DNA of 63,969 nt, filler included, from Perkinsus chesapeaki ATCC PRA-425 (GCA_013115145.1; 11 parts of 11 records of this genome joined end to end with filler, not necessarily neighbours in it); one strand, 5' to 3'; shown: positions 12,687-24,199, numbered from the whole stretch's first letter. Program-made: numbers and translations. The notes: generated by a model from the letters alone, not told the origin.

Positions 12687-15271
12687 TCAATATAGGCTGG
12701 AATTAATTTTATGGCACATTTTATTATTAGGCACAAGAATCATGGAAATCATTGTTTAGCATTATCACTCTAATATTGACAATACCATCATCGTTACCAA
12801 TACTTATATGTGTCGTCGCTATGTTTGCATAATCATAATCATTATGTCATTGCGATGTGTCAGCATCTTACAGATGCTTGCCTGCTTTTACCGGCATTAT
12901 TATGTTACACTTTTATCAGCATTAGTGTTAATCAGTTCTTTTCAATTGACTAAAATTTGCGATAGTTCCTCATTTTTGTTAAGAGTATGGAGCTGTCGAT
13001 GAATCAGCATGCATCAACCGATGCATGTTTGACCTGCTACGGCCCCGATTCGGTGTGTTCAAGAGTTCCACTGAACTCGGTATTTAGAATAGGCTCGAAC
13101 GAGAAGTCTGATAATTTCCAGGTTTAACTCGCACATCTTAATGAGTATCATACCCGTTCCAAAGTTATGGCCCACGCCAGTTCATCGCCTAACTCTTATC
13201 CCCTCTCATAAGTTATAACATGTTCGCCAAAGTATCACTATAAAAAGTGTTATTCTGACTGAATGTACGTCGAGTCTGCCGTTTCTTGACGAACGACTAC
13301 ATCCATCTCTTATACACCATGTAGGATCCGGTAATCCCTTAAGATCAAGCTTTGGGGACCAGCGTATCGGTTTGTTCCATAGTACAACACTGCCAGCTTC
13401 ATCGACTTATCTGGCTCGTTGGGCTGCCCTCGAGTTATAACACATTCTTGATGACGTTGGTTTCGGCCGCTCAACAAGCTCCTTTGTCAGCGAGCGCAGG
13501 CCGCTTTGGCCGTGTGTCATATACAACTCTGGCCCGTGTGCAACCAGCAAATGAACGACCGAGCAAGGGTTGAACCCACCATCGATATGGAGGCTTTCAA
13601 ACGCGATGATGGCAAGCTGCAATTGAGTTCTAATATTGTGTTAGGCTAACAAAAAATTAACTGTTAGCTAACACTGTTAGCTAAAGCTAAGGATATAATT
13701 CTCTACATGTCATGTAGTACATGATCACAGACATCGGATCAAAATTGGCGGACGCACGAATTAAATCCTCCCGCTACGGCGCGTGGGTCCGAGTGTGGGA
13801 AAGTGAATTTCCTAAACTTCAAAAGGCCAAAACCGAAAATCGGTCAGGTCCTTGCGCCGAGTTGGAAGGGATATAATAACAAATAGAAAGTAGTAGTAGT
13901 AGTAGTGGCTCTCCCTTATTATTTACGTAATATAGGCCCTAAATTGCTTAAGATCGCCCTAAAATTCTCAATTGCCCCTTATGTTACTTACTATTCCCCT
14001 TAGTGGAGAGTGATTAATTCAGCCACTATATTTTCATATAATATTGGGTAAGTAGGTTAGTTACTCTACCTTTATGGAGTTACATCCTATCTAACCCAAT
14101 CAGTCAAAGTGTGTCAACAATATTGTCGTTTTCACGGTTTCACAAGTTAACTGAATAATAATAACCAAATATATTGTTATTCATAGAGTATACAACATAA
14201 GTAGCAACAATTTCTATGATTGGGTATAAGAAATAAGAAACGAAGACTTGATTTATCCAAGTTGAATATGGACAGGACTCTCATCAATAGGGGTGTAATC
14301 AGTGCATGTACCTAAATCTTTTATAGAATATATGAATAATGTAGTATTGCTTACTCAGTCATGAGTGAGGCACTTTCAACTTATCATTACATTGCTACCA
14401 TACTATCTACACTCTGTTTGCATTCGTAATTGCAATGCCGTTGATCCATGAGATTAGCATCTGCTGGACTCTGGCCTCAGATTTTGACTTAATGATTTTC
14501 ACTTTTGACTCATGGCCCTATCAAGCATTATCACAGTTCGTGGCCACCTTGGAGTATCTTAGTTAGTTGGAGTAACTTCTCTTTTATGAGTGAAAAGGAC
14601 TGCAACCGCACCACGTCATCGCGGTATGTGGTATGTAATTTGTTACAGCGTGCAAGTCACTGGATGGTTCGCTGTGCGAGTAAACAAGCAAGGGATAATA
14701 AGCGGGGTAACTTTTGCAAATCAATTATAAATTTATAAATTTTATAAGTCAAGTTGAACAAGAATGAAAGTTGAAAATTAGTTTTGGGAAAATTAGAGTT
14801 TAAGCAAGTTAGGTTGTAGAAGAATTGAAGTTGAATAAATTTACATTATGAATCACGCACAGCAATTAGCTAATAATTTTCTACTTCACTGTATTATGCT
14901 GTAACTAGCTTTGTTCCTATCACGTTTTATTTTGCGGTACGTTTTACTTCGGTTTGCTGTGGTAAGCTTGAACCATTCTACTTGTGATCTTTTCGTTGCG
15001 TGATAATGTGTTGTATTATAGAACTCAATATAGTTTAGTTGAGAGATTGGGAATCCATGCTTCTTTCTTAATTACTGCTACTAGCATACTCTAGCGGTCG
15101 ACAAATTCCCACTTTCCGCGACCGAGGCTATTGTAGTCAGGCCGGCGACGCACACGGAGTCGCTTTCTGAGTGGTGGAGTCGAAAGCGAACTCTCTTCTA
15201 TATTATGTTGGACGTCCTCGTATGTCGAAGATACTGCCTGATAATGCCCTTGCTGCCTTGTAATGTCCGCA

Positions 15272-16967
15272 TCACCTAACAAGCGTATCATTTATCCCAG
15301 AGAACGTAGGTAGTAGGCAGCCGGGTTGCTCGCCTTCTTCTGTAGGGCCTAGGGATTCGTGTCCACCTAATAGTGTCTCGTCTTCTACATATGGGGATAT
15401 GGTATCATGGGCATCGTGTGGGTCTTCATGTAATGTCATCATTTGTCGAATTACGGAATGGTCCAATTCCTTTGCAGCATGTGAGAGTCGCCCGATATTG
15501 CTAGCCGGTCTCGCTGCATAGCCGGCAACCCCTCGACTTCTTGCCCTGTAAGCCTCGTTCATTTGGAGTGCGGGGGTTGTATCGTATCTACAATGCCTGT
15601 ACACAGAGCTGTCGAGAATAACAGTGATGCACTAATTTAGTTTCAGATACTGGTGTATATAGGGAAGCCTGCACGAAATTTGTATTATTAACGTAAGCGT
15701 GTGCATTGCTCAACTCTATAATGCACGAACCTCAGGTTTACCATTTCTTCTTCACTCACTTTGGCCTTCCTCTACTTCTTGGTGCAAATGGCATCAGATC
15801 TACCAACTCGAATGATCCAAGCCGCCCTTCCAGCAAAAGCTCAACTCCAAGACAATGTATACAGGCTTCTTGCTTTGGTTTCTTGTTGTCTATTGACTTG
15901 TAGCAGATACACCACATTTTATCACCATCGGCCTTACTGTCTACTACATATAGGTTCTCCACTGCATCGCGTAATGTCTTCTCCCAACGATCCCAAGCCG
16001 GTGCATCAGAATTGAGTTAGCGGAGTAAGTAGTGCGCAGCAATATTATTGAGAGTGTCAGTGTCACCGGTAGCCTGTATAATGTCGTTAGTGGGTATCAC
16101 GAAGTATCGCGACGAGTCGTCGGTGAAAATTATTTCTGTCTTAATGGCCCACTCTGCCGCGTCAGTAGCTTGGTTAAACGTTACTCTCTCTCCAGGCACC
16201 GCATCCGCTTCGCCTTCCCAGGCATAGTCTTCTACTGTTAATTGAGTCACCAGGCTGCTGAATGAGCAACCCTCTTGAATACGGCCTAAGGTACAAGGGC
16301 TTCTAGAATATATGTAAATTCTTCGCTATATAGGGTTGCCACATGTCTATTTACTATGCAGTAGAGGGCGAGAATTAATAACGTTGGTTTCAAGTCTAAG
16401 GGGTTCGAAGGCCCATTGAAGTCATACGATGCCATAGCATTATATCAGATGGTAACAATATGATATCAATATGGGCTATGTATCAATACATTCGTGTTAT
16501 TTATATGCCGATTCTCCGCAGGTAAATCCACTCACCTTCTTTCACAGAGGAGTTTATGCCTTCAACGGCACAGCTGTGGTGAGGGACAGTTCCCAGGACT
16601 CCGTGGGCTCCAACGTACCACGTCGCCGAACCTCGGTGGCCTCGAACTTCTCCCAAAGGGATGGGTATGTTGGGTACCACTTCTTCTCGAGCAAGTTTAC
16701 CGCATCCTCGAATAGGCTGTCGCTTCCGCAACAGTGGAGTACTTTCAGGTCTCTGTAGAAGTCGCCCCTCTTGGAGCTAGCTGACTTGGCTGAGCCTTCT
16801 GTCTTTGTGTTGATGAACGACGAGGACCAGCCCCTAACAGTCCGTAACATGTGTACCCAGCAGTAAAGGCGGGTTCTCTCTGTGAAAGCGGCACGGCACC
16901 AGCGGAGTTGGGAGGTGAGCCCTGTTGGACTCAGGGCACCAAATACCTGACGCGATGAAGTAGACAT
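15272..16967 (-). pseudogene. Mutator-like (MULE) transposase remnant with SWIM zinc finger
   Basis: RLYCWVH (CxxH motif), FEDAVNLLEKKW, AVEGINSSVK (catalytic-Glu region), SWIM-type WCIC..EACIHC and RGRP AT-hook. Contains GT-AG introns and an in-frame TAA at 16017. The 5' part is missing. Confidence 0.65.
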
Positions 16968-17868
16968 TCAGGTTTAAGGCATTACTGTTTATTTGAGACA
17001 TACAGGGAACTTTCAGCAACAATTAGTAATAGTCTATTAGTACTCACTAATATATATAATTTATGATATGATGAACTGTGAGGTAGTACCATGACGCATG
17101 ATCATGATTCATGAGATGAATAATATACTTCTTATTAATACGTTTAATATGTAACATATTCGTCCAGCTTTAATAGTATAATAAGATCTATATTTATATC
17201 TATTGATATTTTATAAGTGCCGAGTTGATATACTCGTTTGAGATTGGAGTAAATACCTACTATATATGATAACCACAAATTGTGTATGGTATATAGTATG
17301 ACTATCATATCACTATATATAATCATTATTCATCAACTACTACTTGTTATTAGTATATTGACATTTGATTACCTAGGTTAATAGGTTACTAGGTTATATC
17401 TCTATTCTATACTGAATAATGATGGATATAATAGGTACTGATAATTAGGATTATAGTTTCAAAAGCGTGATAGATTTATATATTATTGAATGGTAGATGA
17501 ATACGGTATATTATGTCGTGATAACCTATAAGAGGAAATATAGAAAATCAAGCTCTAAGTGTAGAGGACTCTAATTGCATTATATAATGGGATCATTAGA
17601 GAGACATTCCTTCTCACTCGCATCCCGCAGCTATACTCCTACATTGGCTTTCTGTCTGCGTGGTGAAAGGAGTGCTGCCCGAGAAAAAAAAGATAACCTA
17701 TATCCTATTTATAATGTATATAGTAGTCTATATCATATCTATACATATGGCCACAATATTTCCACTTTTAAGCTTATGGCCAAACTAACTAGCGTAACAG
17801 CTTTGTGTTACAGACAGATTAGAGTACACTACAAGATAGCAAGATATAGCATAATATTTATTCATCGA

Positions 17869-17968
17869 NNNNNNNNNNNNNNNNNNNNNNNNNNNNNNNN
17901 NNNNNNNNNNNNTTAATTAATTAANNNNNNNNNNNNNNNNNNNNNNNNNNNNNNNNNNNNNNNNNNNN
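17869..17968. other. Assembly spacer
   Basis: N44-TTAATTAATTAA-N44 with stops in all frames; artificial. Confidence 0.98.
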
Positions 17969-18335
17969 ACGAAATGGGCTTCAAAATACAACTTGTTAAG
18001 GTCGTACAATAGAGTGTCTACACTTTCACCGGGCTCGAGGTAGCGGTCGCGGAATTCAGCAGCCGCCTGATAAGGTCACCTTATTAAGAAGGCTTGATGA
18101 GATGGTATAACAGAGCGATACGAATAGTATTATAATTACCACGATAAGCTTCATCAAAAGATAGATAGACTTGTAAGGCTCGACTAGTAAGACATGTCGA
18201 CAGTTTCCAGCACGCTCTAGTTTCATCCCAGCCGTTTGCTCGAACACACAGACCATAACGAGTTAAGAACTCTACAATAGATTCGTCAGCACGGCCTTGG
18301 AATGGAGGTGGTAAACTACAGCATTTCCCGGTCAT
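17969..18335 (-). pseudogene. Retrotransposon gag N-terminal fragment, truncated by gap
   Basis: PPPFQGRADESIVEFLTRYGLCVRANGWDE..KLSTCLTSRALQVY, then after a frameshift AEFRDRYLEPGESVDTLLYDL. This is a typical LTR-element capsid pattern. Confidence 0.75.
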
Positions 18336-18337
18336 GT

Positions 18338-18630
18338 TTCCGACTCGCGCACTCTTATATCCGATTGGCGCGCATCAAATATCCGGGAAAACATTAAATT
18401 ATCCGACCCGCATTCAAATATCCGACTCGATCACGTAGAAGATCCGAAACACCGCAACCGAATATCCGAACACGCGCACTCTTATATCCGGTCAATTCGT
18501 GCATCTCAATTATCCGACCGTCATTCAAATATCCGATACGCGATTTTCAAATATCCGTGGGCGCGCGCGATTATAAAAGAATCCTATGACCGGAAGTCAA
18601 ATATCCGATTCACGCATCAATTATCCGATT
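18338..18630. repeat. Array of TATCCG motifs in retroelement leader
   Basis: 11 exact TATCCG plus GATCCG/TTCCGA variants, mostly 19-22 bp apart, with a higher-order duplication of about 127 bp. Confidence 0.85.
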
Positions 18631-19117
18631 AGTTGAAGTTGTAAGTAATGGGAATTCGTGGTGGCCAGAGCATTCCCTCCGTGGTTCGGAAGCATACACC
18701 GGCATGCGAGTCTCGTCCCGTACGGGACTCGTTTCCCTCTCGCTTTCCGGGAGGGAAGCGAGAGAGAAAAAAAATTTTTTTGAGCAACGGGAAATTCACG
18801 AAAAGGTCTCGGTTTCCCGCTTCCCGCTCTGGCTTCAAATCTTGCGTTCTTGCGCAATCTTGCACAAAATTTATACAGGGACCAGTCTGGTCCCTGTATA
18901 ATTTCTTTCCGCATCTTTGTTGCATTCAGTTTCTCGGGTAGGTCTCAGGCTGAGACTCTCAGCTATTTACGCTATTGCATCAAGCCCCGAACGTAACTCC
19001 TCAACCCCTTCGAATATCAATGCGAGACATAGCTTATTTTGTTCCCCGTCTTCGAAAGGTATAACGAGTTTTTTTAAATCAATTAATGTCAGACTCACCC
19101 CCCTGTGCGTTCGTCTG

Positions 19118-19134
19118 TCCCGGACGGTGCACCA
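19118..19134 (-). promoter_or_regulatory. Primer binding site complementary to a tRNA 3' end (probably tRNA-Gly)
   Basis: Minus strand reads ..AACAGCA|TGGTGCACCGTCCGGGA, the complement of T-stem CCCGG + acceptor ACGGTGC + A + CCA. A GCA..TGC-A acceptor is typical of eukaryotic tRNA-Gly(GCC). It lies upstream of gag in the same orientation. Confidence 0.7.
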
Positions 19135-19754
19135 TGCTGTTGATCGCCGGTTCCCCCTTTCCCGCTAGCTCCTTGAACACTAGGACTTGAAGGCATTAGG
19201 GAACAGTAATACAGTAGATAAGTAGAGAGTTAACTTAGTTAACTCAACTAGATAGAGCAATAGCTATATACACAGCTTATCATCATAGCGTTAACTAACC
19301 GTGAAGTCGCCTATGCACAGGAGAATGGGAAATGGGAAACAGTTAACCCGAAGCCCGGACACGGTCCACAGGTTGAACTGTTCCCGAGTTTGGAACTACC
19401 CAAGCCCAGGATTTGGAATATTTTGACACATTCGCAATAATCAGGAAGTAAGCTAACAATAGCTAATAGCCATCAGCTATATACTTCCAGCTCAAGAGAG
19501 CAGGGCTCATGACAAGAGCCTCTTGCTATCTAGCGAATTCCAAACATTCCTAACTCTCGGGTAAAGTAGGTTCAAACTCCTCCCAATATTTTCTCATTCT
19601 CCTATCTTACTCATTTCCTTTTCTTCGTAGTAGATTTCGATCCTTTATTCCCAGAAGAGGCTCTTTTCTTCCTCTTTCCCTCTTTCTGCAAACTCGTTCC
19701 CTCGTAACATGTTTTACTAACTTCAGTAGATTTAGCGAACATATTATGTTCGAC
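19135..19754 (-). repeat. Putative 5' LTR of the gag-bearing element
   Basis: Ends in CA immediately before the PBS. A possible TGTCGAACA start at 19754 is a guess; no second copy is present. Confidence 0.4.
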
Positions 19755-19849
19755 ATAGTGCATGCTAGCTCTCCTTGTTTTTTTAAGGCTAGACTCCAGC
19801 CGCTAGAGCCTTAACATCATTAATATTCAGTGGAGATGCACCCGCATTG

Positions 19850-20735
19850 CGTGCACTGCAGCAATGCACGTAGTGAGAAGCGCTTTGCGCCCAATAGCGA
19901 TTTACACTCGTGCAAATGCGCGAAGTGCAGTGAAAGCATCGCACTTCGTGCTCTGTAGTACAGAGCAACACCAACGCCACAACTCTGTAGTACAGAGACT
20001 GTACTACTCTGGTTGTTTCTGACTTTATTTCATCTTAGTTGCCCGGTTGCGTTGAGCAGTGATCTTCCGCGCAACCTCTGCACGCATTGCGCAGTGAAGT
20101 GTTTTGCATGTAAGTGCATTGCGCGGAAAAGAAATCGTCAAAACGGTGCAGTGCAATGTGCAGTGTGCATTGCACTGACGCTTTGCACTACACGGGTGCA
20201 ACTCCAGTGCAACAGCACGTTTTTTGTTGTTGATTGGTGCCTGACCACGCACATAATTCTTCCGCTGCACGAAGGAATATTTTTTTACAGTTTGTTGTTC
20301 AACTACGGTGATGATAACCCCATGCTCCTCACGAGCCAACTGCTTAGTTACTCTTACATACTGATCTATAGTTTCATAAGAATAGCGGGCCCTCAACAAT
20401 GATATAACAAAAGCACTAAGGTTTTCCCCAGTTAGTGGCTGGGGCTGCCTTCCGGATGCTTTAACTATTCCCTCATATATATTTTTAATATTGGTATACT
20501 TCCTTATCGTGTCAGGGCTCCTCGCATGGTTACCAAATGTAATCAAGTCAGCAAATGTTAATTCACGGGCTACCTCCGCAGCAAGGTCAAATGATCCACG
20601 CGTTGGTTGCCGATTTGTATTTCTCGTTAGCCCTGGCCATGTTTCCTTTGACTGTGTACTGTAGTTTTTTGAGTATCGCGGAGTTATCTTGTGAAATATA
20701 TCCTTGTACATTTTCACCATAATTACTGCAGTCAA
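19850..20735 (-). pseudogene. Second tyrosine-recombinase-like ORF (YR2), degenerate C-terminus
   Basis: RSPDTIRKY..YSYETIDQYVRVTKQLAREEHG..KKRA aligns with YR1 RAPSTRRSY..YTYESVRNYAQRIKSLAKEERG..QKRA. A weak downstream match (CAMRAEV; WCCS..KCDAF) runs through stops. Confidence 0.65.
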
Positions 20736-20749
20736 AGAAATTCACCAGC

Positions 20750-21875
20750 TCCGCCTGTCAGGCGGCGCCTGACAGCGAGTCGAGGGCCGAAACATTTACT
20801 AACAGTAAATAGCTATCTCTTCGGGAGAGTGGGAAGAGGGCGACATTGCCTTGCAGCAATGTAGAGCAGTTGCTGGAGGCAAAGTCGCGAGCTAGGCGTC
20901 GATACCTGAACGGATGAGTCAGCCACAAGACTCTATCACTGTGACGTGCCGACTGCAAGGCCGTCAGCTAAAGGTATCAGACACCTAGCTCCTCCCAACC
21001 TCTTTCCACTATTCTTACTTTTACTTCCTCACTGCTTGGAAGCGAGAGGTGTCCGCCTCGCATGTCACGCATACCCACCACCTCAGCCTGTGCACCGCGC
21101 ATTCGTCACGTGCAGGGCCTTGTCCGCACAGGCAGCCCACCGTGAGCTGACAACCCAGCCCGCTGGGGTCTGTTTTGCTCCTCCTTACGATGATCTGGGC
21201 CGACAGGCCGTCAGAGCTGAAGTGAATATCGCCCTTAGATAGCGCCAGCAGTTCATTGACTCTCAACAGACAGCTGACTTCGCATAGGATCGCACATACG
21301 GTTCCTTCGTGTAAGGGGTCCTGGATATGCGCAATATCAATGACTTCGTCTGCTGTGAAAGTCCCGGCACGTTTCTGTTCAATTGAACTGGCCTGGCGGC
21401 ACAGTTTGGACGCAGCACGCAGAGCCAGCTTGAACCGCTCTTCTCCCTGGACATCAAAAACATCGCCACGTTCCTCTTTCGCTAAAGATTTGATGCGCTG
21501 TGCATAGTTTCTGACACTTTCATACGTATAATCGCCCTTAACTAGCGATACTATGGAGTGAATAGCTTTAGCCGGCACCAGCGGATATGGGACAATTTGT
21601 GCGCTCTCCATAACTCTCACGTAAGCCTTCCTTATTGCTTCATATGACCTCCTCGTACTGGGGGCCCTGGCTTCAGTCACAAACGCATTCACGTCCTCAC
21701 GCGACAGACGTTTCGAGACATATGAGGCCTTCTTGGCTGAGCCTCGTCGTTTGGGACTGACGGTCCCACGAACGATTGGAGGCCTATCCGCACGAGTCAG
21801 TGAGGGCCGGCCGAATGACTTCCGGTTTGATAGTTCGCGCTGGCAAGCCTTCAGAGGGGTGAATGCTGGGATCAT
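20750..21875 (-). pseudogene. Tyrosine recombinase (YR1), frameshifted near 21060
   Basis: Core-binding domain, CLLRVNELLAL (catalytic R), RSKTD (K) and GCLC..ECAVH. The HxxR/Y region survives only as out-of-frame remnants (THPFR; SPEEIAIYC). Confidence 0.75.
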
Positions 21876-22003
21876 CCCAATCTGTCTAACAAATCAGGGA
21901 AAGGGAACGGTATCGCTTGATTGAACGCTCAATAATAGCGGACTGAACTCAGAACCCTTCTGAAACAGCTATGAGACTGAGGCATCACAGAGAAACAACC
22001 TAC

Positions 22004-24199
22004 TCAGAAACCGCCGGTCCTAGCGCATGTAAGCTTCGCCAACTCAAGCAAAGCGTCTCGCTCCACAGCACCGTCAACTCTGTAGAAAATACTCCGGTTA
22101 GTTTGTATATCACTACGCGATATCTGGTCTGCCAGGATATTGAGCTCCCCGGCAAGGTGCTGCGCATATAGAGATGGGGCTGCCAAGCCAGGACGAACGA
22201 GCATAAGTCGCTCCAAAATACAATTGAGAGCCGCAGACTTACTCCGCATCTTCTGTAGTGCTCTCACACAGGCCACATTATCGGAAACGACAACAACGGG
22301 CTGGGATGGGTCAGTGAGCAGTATACCGAGAGCTGCCGAAAGGAGCTCGTGGAAGCAAATCCCTTCCAAGACCTCGTCACCATAGCCAAGGATCTGTTTT
22401 ACGCTGCTAACGACTCGTTCGTCGTTCAAATCGAGGTGGTACAAGTAGAACGAATGACCAAAGCCTGGAGGATTGCGCTCAAATACAACACCCCCGAGGA
22501 AGCCACCAGATGCATCGGATACGACAACAGCTCGCGCAAGCGTTCCCAACTCCGGTAGGAGGCTGTTGAAGGGAATAGAGCAGTCCGCCGAAATAAAATG
22601 ACGGAGGAAACGGGCCGCGTAGGCTAGATTGCGGCCAACTGTTATAGACCTTAAACCCTTGGACTCGGCAACTTTCAGAGTACTGTAAAAGGAGGACAAG
22701 AAAGGGTTGATTCTCTTGAAAGCTCCGGCCACCCAACTGAGCCGGCCCGTCAATCGCTCGAGATCTTTCACAACTGCAAGAGAGCCTACGGTAGTCAAAG
22801 GGAGTAGTGCGTCTCCAATTGTGGTACATTTCTCGTGCAGGATGGTGAGAACCCCCCTGTCAAGATCCATGACGAACCCCAGGCAGTGTGGGGTGGTAGA
22901 GGCATGTAACTTTTCCGTGGCGGTCGGAACGCCGCAGACTGCGTCGACTAATATTGATATTAGTGCAGCCTTCGCTAGCTGCTTGGCACGAGCCTTAGAA
23001 CCTCTGTCATCTACGTATATGATCACGCGGGGATGCAACTCCGCCTGTCGCCGGACTCGACATTCGATGAGAGCGACACCTGAAGATGCCCTCACGAAGA
23101 TTAGAGGACTACTGGTAGCCCCGAAGGGCAACATCAAATGCCTCACAAAACCCTCATGAACTTTGTTCACGCAAAACCAAGTGTCGGGCTCGGCCAATGG
23201 CACTAGGCGGAAGGCACACCGGATATCTGATTCGAGCCAGAAAACGCGGCCTGGAGAACTGGGACCTGACGAACCTTCGTCCTGCAGCACAGCGGCCACC
23301 GCCGAACGTATAGATGGAAGCAGGATAGTTTCCTGCAGGTTAGGCTCTATAAGACAGTTCGCACCGCTTCGCCTCATATCATCGATTAACCGGACTTTCC
23401 GAATAGTACCATCCTCTTTGAAATGCGGGATGCAAGCTAGTCGAGTCACGGCTCGAACTTGGCCAAGGTCACCTCGGTCAATAACCGCCATCCGGCCAGC
23501 CGTGATCTCGGCCTCGATAGTTTTAGTAACCTCCTCGCTATAATGCTCCGCGGATTCATAGTTTCGCCAGACATCGCGCGAGAGCTGATAGTCGTGCTTG
23601 TGCTTGGGGTGGTAAGTAGGCCAAGCGCCACTGACGGGCACCTCGGATGATGTCCCCAGAGGCACTCCGACATCAATCAGACGGAATATATCCGAGTCAA
23701 TTTTTCGTTGGGGAGACTCCTTCTGCATCTCTCGGAGTACTGCCTCTACAAGCGGAGCGCGAATAGGACCACCCGCCAGGGCGGATCGAGTGGGAACTCC
23801 CAAGATCGCACCCCACGAGTTCCTTCTTCGCTCTGCGCAGACTTGGATAGAACTCTCAAGCTCATTCCAGACGGTACTCTCAGATTGGCTTTCACGATCC
23901 AGAGCGGCCCACGACATGATCTTCTCGACCACACGCGGTGAGGATAAGATTTCCACCTCCTCCAGGAAGACATTTACAAGACGTGTCATGGAGTCGGTAG
24001 GTTTTGCAAAGTCATCTCGCGAAAGTACGCCACGTTCGCCTGTGCCGTCCACCAACGACTCTAGCAAAAGCCTCTCCTCTTCTCTAGCGTTGTCGCTAAC
24101 GAGGTCGGCGATGTTTTGCAGATGCCTGTGAACCTCCCCCGACGTGACTAGGGGTGGACCAATGGGCCTAAGAAAGCAGCAGCTGAGCTGCGAAAACAA
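22004..24199 (-). CDS. Reverse transcriptase-RNase H (DIRS-type)
   Basis: KVRLIDDMRRSG, ESDIRCAFR, LPFGATSSP, IIYVDD, LERLTGRLSW; RNase H VSDASG, FHELL, VSDN, HLAGELNILADQISR. The true start is uncertain. Confidence 0.9.
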   Translation of the reverse strand: MFSQLSCCFLRPIGPPLVTSGEVHRHLQNIADLVSDNAREEERLLLESLVDGTGERGVLSRDDFAKPTDSMTRLVNVFLEEVEILSSPRVVEKIMSWAALDRESQSESTVWNELESSIQVCAERRRNSWGAILGVPTRSALAGGPIRAPLVEAVLREMQKESPQRKIDSDIFRLIDVGVPLGTSSEVPVSGAWPTYHPKHKHDYQLSRDVWRNYESAEHYSEEVTKTIEAEITAGRMAVIDRGDLGQVRAVTRLACIPHFKEDGTIRKVRLIDDMRRSGANCLIEPNLQETILLPSIRSAVAAVLQDEGSSGPSSPGRVFWLESDIRCAFRLVPLAEPDTWFCVNKVHEGFVRHLMLPFGATSSPLIFVRASSGVALIECRVRRQAELHPRVIIYVDDRGSKARAKQLAKAALISILVDAVCGVPTATEKLHASTTPHCLGFVMDLDRGVLTILHEKCTTIGDALLPLTTVGSLAVVKDLERLTGRLSWVAGAFKRINPFLSSFYSTLKVAESKGLRSITVGRNLAYAARFLRHFISADCSIPFNSLLPELGTLARAVVVSDASGGFLGGVVFERNPPGFGHSFYLYHLDLNDERVVSSVKQILGYGDEVLEGICFHELLSAALGILLTDPSQPVVVVSDNVACVRALQKMRSKSAALNCILERLMLVRPGLAAPSLYAQHLAGELNILADQISRSDIQTNRSIFYRVDGAVERDALLELAKLTCARTGGF

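Noticed and set aside
17913-17924. TTAATTAATTAA palindrome recurring ten times
   Set aside because: Always centred in a 100-nt N block; an artificial scaffolding spacer, not biology. Gene order across these gaps was not interpreted.
18338-18630. CRISPR-like repeat-spacer array
   Set aside because: The repeated core is only 6-10 bp, spacers are short and partly duplicated, there are no cas genes, and the context is eukaryotic. The same applies to the minisatellites.
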